A stretch of DNA of 64,000 bases, taken from NCBI GenBank assembly GCA_002269645.1, contig NIVC01001010.1, positions 317,991 through 381,990 of the forward strand. The letters are read 5' to 3'. Source of the stretch: Macrostomum lignano. Its lineage: Eukaryota. Under the pieces are notes generated by a model that saw only the letters and a program-made list of their open reading frames with translations, was not told where the DNA came from and searched no databases. The translations under genes and the position numbers were made by a program. Shown piece after piece: positions 36,556 to 47,800 of this stretch (within the stretch, counting starts at the first letter, position 1; each line of letters starts with the position of its first letter).

Positions 36556-37746
36556 TGCTTCTCAAGGAAGCATCATTCACAATTTAAGTCGTGCACCTGT
36601 TACCAAAGTACAAGACTGAGAAGCCAGCCTTTGTCTGCTGTAAATTTTACGGAATTGTTGCGGTCTGGCGAGTCCAAGTGAACCTATAAAAATCTGCTAA
36701 ATGCCTGTGTGGAAATGTCCTCAAAGTACTTTACCCACTGTGGTACGAGTGCACTCTGAGGCTCTTGCCTCGGCTGATTGCTCTGCCGCTGCATTTTCGA
36801 TGACGCACAAAGGGGATTAGTAAGAGGAGAACGGGGAGAGGGGAAAGGGGAGAAAGGCAGAGCAGAGCTTAACGGAAAACGAGGATTTGAACCGGAAAAA
36901 TTCTATTTATAGTCACTGCAACTTTTCTCAACTTGACTCGCATCTTCTTGAATATCTGCTTCGTCTGAAGCATCTTTTTGTGATGGCAAGGTATAATTAA
37001 AGAAGATTTGAATGATTTAATAGATACGAGTAGATGATGGATAGATTGATAAGCCACCCAGCAGCCATTGAAGAAACTCGCTGTCTATCACGCCACAAGG
37101 TCGGTCGTGACGCATGCAGCCCTGCTCTGTCTCAATCCATTCTGATCTGCTATGCAATTGCGTGACAGATTCTTCACGGGCAAAGCAGCTGTGCGCAGCA
37201 TAAAAGACGATTGCTGAAAGAAAAGTGCAAAAAGTGAAAAGGAAGAAAAGAAAAGATGAGAGATTGTCTCCAATCTGGTAGATTAGCGCTCGTGAATGAG
37301 AATGCTTCTGTGTCGTATCGCGTGACTCAGCGGGTGTACATTGAGTACAATCGCTGTTTTATTTTATTGATTGACTGACAATAATGGCGCTCGCGTGTTA
37401 TACCAATATCATGCACCCCGACTGCAGATTTTTATAAATCTTTTTCTTCACTGGCTCGGCGATTGAAGGGGGTCATTGAGTCGAATAATGGATTGGCATT
37501 TTATGATGTACTCGTACGTACCTATGACTGTTCTTTACGTAATATTTGATTATTGGTAATTCTAACAAATTGGACTGAATATATTTTGTTTAAATAAGTG
37601 GAATCGTATTTTATATTAGAAGCAATGCTTTTGAGAAAAAGGAGGGATTATCTGATTGTTTCTATGCAGTGAGCATGAATTGCCACTAAGATCATGGCGT
37701 TAAAATCTCCAGTAGGGAGATGAGAGATTGTCACCAATCTGGTAGA

Positions 37747-40700
37747 TTAGACGGCCTGCTCTTCTTCATCCTCCTCGAATGCCTCCTCCTCGGCTGTGGC
37801 GTCCTGGTACTGCTGGTACTCGGAGATCAGATCGTTCATGTTGCTCTCGGCCTCCGTGAACTCCATCTCGTCCATGCCTTCGCCAGTGAACCAGTGCAGG
37901 AAGGCCTTGCGCCTGAACATGGCGGTGAACTGCTCGGAGATTCGGCGGAACAGCTCCTGGATGGCCGTGTTGTTGCCTGCCGGTGCGCGGGGGGCTCTAG
38001 CTTCGGCTCTAGCTGGCGGGACTGAGGCTCTCGGGCAGGGCGGAGAGGGAGGAGGGGCTCTGGGGCAGAGCGGGGAGGGAGAAGGGGGCAGAGCGGGGAG
38101 AAAGAAGGGGTTCTGGGGCAGAGCGGGGAGAAAGAAGCGGCTCTGGGCAGGGCGGAGAGGGAGGAGGGGCTCTGGGCAGGGCGGAGAGGGAGGAGGGGCT
38201 CTGGGGCAAAGCGGGGAGGGAGAAGGGGGCAGAGCGGGGAGAGAGAAGGGGTTCTGGGGCAGAGCGGGGAGAAAGAAGGGGCTCTGGGGCAGAGCGGGGA
38301 GAAAGAAGGGGCTCTGGGGAAGAGCGGGGAGGAAGGAGGGGCACTGGGGTAAAGCGGGAAGGGAGGGGGGCTCTGGGGCAGAGCGGGGAGGAAGGAGGGG
38401 CTCTGGGGCAGAGCGGGGAGAAGGAAGGGGCTCTGGGGAAGAGCGGGGAAGAGGAAGGGGCTCTGGGGCAAAGCGGGGAGGGGGGAGGGAGGGGGGCTCT
38501 GGGGCAAAGCGGGGAGGGAGGAGGGAGGGGGGCTCTGGGGCAGAGCGGGGAGCAAGGAGGGGCTCTGGGGCAAAGCGGGGAGGGAGGGGGGCTCTGGGGC
38601 AAAGCGGGGAGCAAGGAGGGGCTCTGGGGCAGAGCGGTTAGGGAGGAGGCAGAGTGGGGAGGGAGAAAGGGCTTTGGGGGCATCGAAATTAATTGAGAAG
38701 GAAAGCATTAAAAAGTGGAAGGCTGTCTTTCTATGGAATTTGGCATCCTCTGTCTTGAAAATGAACAAAAGTGCGCCCCAGACCTACCAATGAAAGTGAC
38801 AGACATTTTGAGTCCCCTTGGAGGGACGTCGCACACAGCGGTCTTGACGCTGTTCGGTATCCATTCAACAAAGTACGAGCTGTTCTTATTCCTGGCATTG
38901 AGCAGCTGCTCCTCAACTTCCTTCATTGACATTCGGCCGCGGAAGACGGCAGCGACGGTGAGGTAGCGGCCGTGCCGGGGGTCGCACGCGGCCATCATGT
39001 TCTTGGCGTCGAACATCTGCTGTGTGAGCTCCGGGACAGTCAGGGCTCTGTACTGTGCACCGCCCCGGCTGGTCAGCGGAGCGAAGCCGGGCATGAAGAA
39101 GTGCAGCCGCGGGAACGGCACCAGATTCACGGCCAGCTTGCGCAGGTCGGCGTTCAGCTGACCAGGGAAACGGAAGCTGGTGGTGACGCCGGACATGGCG
39201 GCGCTCACCAGGTGGTTCAGATCGCCGTAGGTCGGCGTGCTCAGCTTCAGTGTGCGGAAGCAGATGTCGTACAGGGCCTCGTTGTCGATGCAGAACGTCT
39301 CGTCGCTGCTCTCGACCAGCTGGTGGACGGACAGGGTGGCGTTGTAGGGCTCGACAACCACCTCGGAGACTTTTGGCGAGGGCACCACGCTGAAGGTGTT
39401 CATGATGCGGTCGGGATACTCCTCCCGAATGCGGGACATTAGCAGCGTTCCCAGGCCCGAGCCGGTGCCACCGCCTGCGGTGTTTCAAACAGATTGCCAC
39501 TGCTGAGTAATTAAAGCTGATAAATGTACGCAATGCTCTACTGACAGTAAGTAGAGCTGAGAAGTTTTTCAATTAAATGCATGTATCAATTGTATCTACA
39601 CCATTGGGAACCGATTAATGCATTTGCAGATCTATGCGCCCAGTCTTTGCAAGACCATGGGACTATAGATCCCCGAGGATCTGCAGAAACTTGCGGAATT
39701 TTAGTGATATAAATCAACAGAGATCTATAAATAGAAATCTACTGAGATATACTGGTATGAATAGAAATCTACAGAGATATATAAATAGAAATCTACTGAG
39801 ATATATGAATAGAAGTCTACAGAGATCTATAAATAGAAATCTACAGAGATCTATAAATAGAAATCTACAGAGATCTATAAATAGAAATCTACAGAGATAT
39901 ATGAATAGAAATCTACAGAGATATATGAATAGAAATCTACTGAGATCTATAAATAGAAATCTACTGAGATATGTAACTAGAAATCTACAGAGATATATAA
40001 CTAGAAATCTACAGAGATATATAAATAGAAATCTACTGAGATATATGAATAGAAATCTACAGAGATCTATAAATAGAAATCTACAGAGATCTATAAATAG
40101 AAATCTACAGAGATATATGAATAGAAATCTACAGAGATATATGAATAGAAATCTACTGAGATCTATAAATAGAAATCTACTGAGATATATGAATAGAAAT
40201 CTACAGAGATATGTAACTAGAAATCTACAGAGATATAAAAATAGAAATCTACAGAGACCTATCCAGGACCTACTAGAATGCGTGAGGATTTTTAGACATC
40301 AACGGGATCAATTTGAACAATCCTTCCTCCAGCTCCCCCCTCGAGTCTCACTCACCGAGCGAGTGGCACAACTGAAAGCCCTGCAGGCAGTCGCAGGCTT
40401 CGCTCTCCTTGCGCACCACATCAATGAGAGAGTCCACCAGCTCGGCACCCTCAGTGTAGTGACCCTTGGCCCAGTTGTTGCCGGCGCCGCTCTGGCCGAA
40501 TACGAAATTGTCCGGTCGGAATAGCTGTCCGAACGGGCCAGACCGGACACTGTCCATGGTGCCGGGCTCCAGGTCTACTAGAACTGACCGCGGAACATAT
40601 CGACCGCCTGCGGCTTCGTTAAAATAAACATTGATGCGCTCCAGCTGCAGGTCCGAGTCTCCGTGGTAGGCGCCGCTCTGGTCTATGCCGTGCTCGTCTG

Positions 40701-42375
40701 AGATCACCTCCCAGAACTGGCGTTGGGGATCGGGGATAGGGATTTAGACTAGTTGATTGCCGATAGACAGTTCCCGATAGACAGTTCCCGATAGACAGTT
40801 CCCGATAGACAGTTCCCGATAGACAGTTCCCGATAGACAGTTCCCGATAGACAGTTCCCGATAGACAGTTCCCGATAGACAGTTCCCGATAGACAGTTCC
40901 CGATAGACAGTTCCCGATAGACAGTTCCCGATAGACAGTTCCCGATAGACAGTTCCCGATAGACAGTTCCCGATAGACAGTTCCCGATAGACAGTTCCCG
41001 ATAGACAGTTCCCGATAGACAGTTCCCGATAGACAGTTCCCGATAGACAGTTCCCGATAGACAGTTCCCGATAGACAGTTCCCGATAGACAGTTCCCGAT
41101 AGACAGTTCCCGATAGACAGTTCCCGATAGACAGTTCCCGATAGACAGTTCCCGATAGACAGTTCCCGATAGACAGTTCCCGATAGACAGTTCCCGATAG
41201 ACAGTTCCCGATAGACAGTTCCCGATAGACAGTTCCCGATAGACAGTTCCCGATAGACAGTTCCCGATAGACAGTTCCCGATAGACAGTTCCCGATAGAC
41301 AGTTCCCGATAGACAGTTCCCGATAGACAGTTCCCGATAGACAGTTCCCGATAGACAGTTCCCGATAGACAGTTCCCGATAGACAGTTCCCGATAGACAG
41401 TTCCCGATAGACAGTTCCCGATAGACAGTTCCCGATAGACAGTTCCCGATAGACAGTTCCCGATAGACAGTTCCCGATAGACAGTTCCCGATAGACAGTT
41501 CCCGATAGACAGTTCCCGATAGACAGTTCCCGATAGACAGTTCCCGATAGACAGTTTCCAATAGACAGTTTCCAATAGACAGTTCCCGATAGACAGTTCC
41601 CGATAGACAGTTCCCGATAGACAGTTCCCGATAGACAGTTCCGATAGACAGTTCCCGATAGACAGTTCCCGATAGACAGTTCCCGATAGACAGTTCCCGA
41701 TAGACAGTTCCCGATAGACAGTTCCCGATAGACAGTTCCCGATAGACAGTTCCCGATAGACAGTTCCCGATAGACAGTTCCCGATAGACAGTTCCCGATA
41801 GACAGTTCCCGATAGACAGTTCCCGATAGACAGTTCCCGATAGACAGTTCCCGATAGACAGTTCCCGATAGACAGTTCCCGATAGACAGTTCCCGATAGA
41901 CAGTTCCCGATAGACAGTTTCCAATAGACAGTTTCCAATAGACAGTTCCCGATAGACAGTTCCCGATAGACAGTTCCCGATAGACAGTTCCCGATAGACA
42001 GTTCCCGATAGACAGTTCCCGATAGACAGTTCCCGATAGACAGTTCCCGATAGACAGTTCCCGATAGACAGTTCCCGATAGACAGTTCCCGATAGACAGT
42101 TCCCGATAGACAGTTCCCGATAGACAGTTCCCGATAGACAGTTCCCGATAGACAGTTCCCGATAGACAGTTCCCGATAGACAGTTCCCGATAGACAGTCC
42201 CCCATAGACAGTTCCCCATAGACAGTTCCCGATAGACAGTTCCCGATAGACAGTTCCCGATAGACAGTTCCCGATAGACAGTTCCCGATAGACAGTCCCC
42301 CATAGACAGTCAACTCACCTTCGATCCAATCTGGTTTCCGCACTGACCAACCTGAATGTGCACAATTTCTCTCAT
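37747..42375 (-). CDS. TUBB: Beta-tubulin, 444 aa, divergent isotype; exons 42375-42319, 40716-40356, 39474-38788, 37976-37747
   Basis: [19 protein letters not shown]|FWEVIS...HSL G|GGTGSG...TFI G|NNTAIQELF...EEDEEEQAV*. All junctions are GT-AG and phase-consistent. Confidence 0.97.
37985..38690. repeat. G/A-rich minisatellite (ggggctctggggcagagcggggag...) filling tubulin intron 3
   Basis: Tandem variable units ending a few nt from the acceptor. Confidence 0.92.
39710..40255. repeat. 24-bp minisatellite (atagaaatctacagagatctataa) in tubulin intron 2
   Basis: Tandem copies. Confidence 0.95.
40757..42310. repeat. 14-bp minisatellite (gatagacagttccc), about 110 copies, filling tubulin intron 1
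   Basis: Begins 8 nt from the donor and ends about 40 nt from the acceptor. Confidence 0.97.
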
Positions 42376-42794
42376 GCTGCCGTTACGATCTATTGCTTTC
42401 AAGTCAAATAAAATTCAAAAACACGCCCTCGATAAAAGACGCGCAATGCCCGAAGTGGTTTGTTTGTGCTTCACGAAGCATTTGAGAATTATATTTATGC
42501 ATGTGATAGCAATCAAAGTCCACAGAGGTGCAATATACAGAGAGACAGAGGTGCACAGAAACGATAGGGAAAATTGGGCTCAGCACGAGGCTATTTCAAC
42601 AAAAGTACCCAAGCCCCCTGTACCTGCGCTTCGATAAGCTTGCTGACTCACCAGCCGACTGACTTGCCTCAGCGATAAGCGAACCGATAGAAGGGAGGGG
42701 CTGACCCGAGCATGCGGTGCGGCTCGCCTGGGCTCACTGGGTGACGCATCGGGCGGGGCCTCCCATATGACTGTTGCCTGTTTTTATGCCTGCT

Positions 42795-43142
<348 letters not shown>

Positions 43143-44889
43143 TCTATATATCTATCGCTTTTTGTTTCATGATGCTTCTTTTATGTTTTACATGGCGCTT
43201 GTTTTTATGTTACATGGCGCATCTTTTATGTATTACATGACGCTTCTTTTATGTATTACATGACGCTTCTTTTATGTATTACATGACTCTTCTTTTATTT
43301 TTATATGATGTTTCTTTTTTTATTCGACAAGTCGCCTCCTTTTTCTTGTTCTATCTTTAGCTATATACTAGACCTAAATATATAGCGCCAGTCACGAGGG
43401 TAATCAAGCGAACCAATCAAAGGAATGAAAACGCATATGGATAAAGTCAAAGCGGATACAGAATAGGTCTGCATCTAGATGTATTTACGATTTAATGCGA
43501 AATGCGAGATATGAATTCTACAAATTTGATGCAGAAGTGTGAGTCACTTATAAATACATGAGCTAAATATAGCAGGATTCTGATCAAAACAGGACACAGA
43601 TGGATTAAAAACATTTATTCACGAATATTATTACAATACAAGGGTTTGCAGAGGCAATATACAATGCAATAGCACAAGATGCCGAACATGAACTATATCG
43701 TTGTTAAAGACCGGAGAAGTACTAATATTGAAACAAAATTTTATTGTTTATTCAATAATGAGCAACGTTATACAACAAAAAAGATTTTGCCTATGCAGAA
43801 AAAAGTTTCATTTATAGGTTTTTTATTTTTCTTTAACATTTCCGGCAGCAATGTTTCGGGATAAATAAATGCAGCTAATGTTTAAATTTTTCCATTAGAG
43901 AAACTGGGCTCATTAAATTAAATGTAAGCTGGAGCAGAACCAAGTCAAAATATTTTTTCTTTTTTATTTCCCCATTAACATACTAACCTTTGCTCATGAA
44001 CACCAATTAATAACATTTAAATTTTCTTAGAGATAGAGCTAGGTAAAATACTTTATGAATAGGTAAAAAGAGTTGAACAAGTAACAAATGAATTAGGAGA
44101 GTTCAAATGAATTAGGAGATTATATAATTGACAAACTACTTACTTCGATTTCAATCTATATAGCGGCTAATGATAAATTAGAAAGAGTACCAATTAAAAA
44201 TGTTTTAAATAGCATGAATATAACAAAAACTAATGCATAATTGCATCAGCATTACTTGCGGAATAAAATATTTGAAAATGTTGTGACTATTAAAGTCGTT
44301 TCTAAAGTAGTCCCTAGTAACTGAAAATTTACATATACTTCAGCTCTGAAATATTTATTATCTTAAAGGATTTTAAACACTCGAGTTGCTGTATCTTAAT
44401 AGCAATATTTCTTAATAAGCATCAGCGTGCAGTTGTTATGATTTTTATCACTATAGAGTTATGAAATTCAAGAAGATATTTTATAGGTAAGGGACTATAA
44501 AATCCTAATTTTTAGCACAAAAATTCATATATTAATTCACTGTTTTATATTATAAAAATATCTTCTAGAAATCAATCCTAAATGGAAAATTTATCCTCTA
44601 TATTTCATACAGACATAGTACATTCATAAATATTATGTGTATCTATAAACATAGAAAAAAGAAGCATCTCAGTTTATATTTTACCCAGCAAAATGCATTA
44701 AGCTATTATGGTCTATCCATTATATTATCTAATTGACAGTAGACTACCTGAATTGTTGAATTATATTGAGGATTTCCTCTAAAGTATTTAGTGAAGTACT
44801 ATTTATTTTATTCGATTTTTAAAATAAGACAATTATTATTTAAGTACATCTGCGCATATGAGATAAAAAGGAAATACTTTCCAATCCAG

Positions 44890-47800
44890 AAGAAAAAGCA
44901 GACCATCTCGCAGTCGGAGACTGTCACCACGGAGTCCTTGATCGACCTGGTCGACGACCGGTGGCCTCTCAGCGACATTGCTGTCGACGCAGCGCCGACA
45001 TCGACTGACGTTGCCGAAGTCGACGAAGACGCCGACGACATTGAAGAGGATGGAACTGACGTCGATCGGCGGCCGCTGGTGCCGCCACGCGATGGCGTCG
45101 GGTGCGGCGACGAAATCGATGAGAACGTCGACGGCGGCGGCGACGTCGAGCTTCGCGGCCACCGCCGTCTCTGGCGAGGTCGTCAGGCTTTGCGAAATCG
45201 GCGTCATCACCGACGACTTCTGGCTGGCTGCCCGTTGACCGCCGCCATCGCTTACGCCACGGCCACCATCGCTACCATAGTCCTGCTCGCCACTGCCGCT
45301 GCCTACGCTCTGCACCGATCGAACTCGGCTGCGACCTCGGCGACGGCTTCTCAGCGGACGCTGCCAGCCGAGGCCGCCTGTTCGAGCATCAGCGTGCAGT
45401 CCGTCTGGCGTCGGGTGTTCCCGCGGCTGAGCACTGGCGGCCCGCTGCGCCTGCTGGACGTCAATCAAGACGGCGTGCCGGATGTCATTCTCACGTTTGG
45501 CCAAGGTGATTTGTTATATTGCATAACTGCTCCAATAAATAATTTTAGATGTTTCCATGGCAACATCCCTCCGTCACCATAGCAACAGCCGTTTTATATA
45601 TCATGCAAAATCTACCCGTGCTACCATGGCAATACTCCCGTGTCATATTGACATTCCAAAATCATTATCGACATCTGGGTTGTCATAGCAACCTCAGGTT
45701 TCCATAGCAACCGTCCCGCGTCCTCAAAGGAGTTAATATTACTCCAACTTCGATCCCAGACTTCGACAGGTTGGTACCGATGGGTGCTGATTGCTCAGAT
45801 TCGACAACGCCGGCCTCAGCCTGCGCAGGCGGCATCGAAGCTCTGGACGGCGCCACCGGGCGGACCATCTGGCGGAGCCGACTGGAGCAGCGACCGATGG
45901 CCGTCAGCTGCGAGGCCGACCTCAACAAGGACGGCCTGCCGGACTGCCTGGTTGGCGGACGCGGCGGGGTGAGTCTGATGTTTATTGCTGCCTGAGTCTG
46001 ATGTTTATTGCTGACTGAGTCTGATGTTTATTGCTGACTGAGTCTGATGTTTATTGCTGACTGAGTCTGATGTTTATTGCTGACTGAGTCTGATGTTTAT
46101 TGCTGACTGAGTCTGATGTTTATTGCCGACTGAGTCTGATGTTTATTGCTGACTGAGTCTGCTGTTTATTGCTGACTGAGGCTGCTGTTTATTGCTGACT
46201 GAGGCTGATGTTTATTGCTGACTGAGTCTGATGTTTATTGCTGACTGAGGCTGCTGTTTATTGCCGACTGAGGCTGCTGTTTATTGCCGACTGAGGATGC
46301 TGTTTATTGCTGACTGAGGCTGCTGTTTATTGCTGCCTGAGGCTGCTGTTTATTGCTGCCTGAGGCTGCTGTTTATTGCCGACTGAGGCTGCTGTTTATT
46401 GCTGCCTGAGGCTGCTGTTTGGGCCTTTCGCACGGAAATTGGCCCACGAATTGTTGGGCGATTCAAGACCAACCAAAGCACAAGGCATGGACGCTGCTTT
46501 GCATACAATGCCCTCAGCTGTTGTCCGCCCATGATGCGGCAACGGGCGCCCGCCTCTGGCGCTCGCTGGTCACCCGAGGCGGCTTACTTCACCGCGCAGC
46601 CCATCGGCGACGTGGACGACGACGGGGTGCCGGATTTTGTTCAGACGAGGGGCGGTGGAGGCGACGACCTTGACGAACTGCCGCCCAAGGGCGAACTGCT
46701 ACTGCTGTCGGGCGCTACCGGGGCGGAGACGGCCTGGCAGTATGTCCCGGACAGGCGGCCGGTCCACCTGCCGCCACAAATTGTTCGGCTGGCCGACAAT
46801 GAACGCGGCAGTGATGACGGATCAAGAAGGATTCTATTTTCAACTGGCGGCGACTTTGAAGACGGTGACCGACAAGGCGGGGCGCTGTACTTGCTGCGAT
46901 TGAAGACTTTCCTGCTTTCTGGAGAGGCAGCTAAGGTATGCGGCAGTGGGTGTAGCAGTGGCAATAGCAGTGGCAGTAGCAGTGGCAATAGCAGTGGCAG
47001 TAGCAGTGGCAGTAGCAGTGGCAGTAGCAGTGGCAGTGGCAGTGGCAGTAGCAGTGGCAGTAGCAGTAGCAGTAGCAGTGGCAGTAGCAGTAGCAGTGGC
47101 AGTAGCAGTGGCAGTGGCGGCGGCAGTAGCAGTAGCAGTGGCAGTGGCAGTAGCAGTAGCAGTAGCAGTAGCAGTGGCAGTGGCAGTGGCAGTAGCAGTG
47201 GCAGTGGCAGTGGCAGTGGCAGTAGCAGTGGCAGTAGCAGTGGCAGTAGCAGTAGCAGTGGCAGTAGCAGTGGCAGTGGCAGTAGCAGTGGCAGTAGCAG
47301 TAGCAGTGGCAGTAGCAGTGGCAGTGGCAGTGGCAGTGGCAGTAGCAGTGGCAGTAGCAGTGGCAGTAGCAGTAGCAGTGGCAGTAGCAGTGGCAGTGGC
47401 AGTGGCAGCGGCAGTGGCAGTGGCAGCGGCAGCGGCAGTGGCAGTGGCAGTGGCAGTAGCAGTGGCAGCGGCAGCGGCAGTGGCAGTAGCAGTGGCAGTA
47501 GCAGTGGCAGTAGCAGTAGCAGTGGCAGTGGCGGCGGCAGTAGCAGTAGCAGTGGCAGTGGCAGTAGCAGTAGCAGTAGCAGTAGCAGTGGCAGTGGCAG
47601 TGGCAGTAGCAGTGGCAGTGGCAGTGGCAGTAGCAGTGGCAGTAGCAGTGGCAGTAGCAGTAGCAGTGGCAGTAGCAGTGGCAGTGGCAGTGGCAGTAGC
47701 AGTGGCAGTAGCAGTGGCAGTAGCAGTAGCAGTGGCAGTAGCAGTGGCAGTGGCAGTGGCAGTGGCAGTAGCAGTGGCAGTAGCAGTGGCAGTAGCAGTA

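Noticed and set aside
40619-42343. 574-, 519- and 391-aa ORFs
   Set aside because: 14-bp repeat inside tubulin intron 1.
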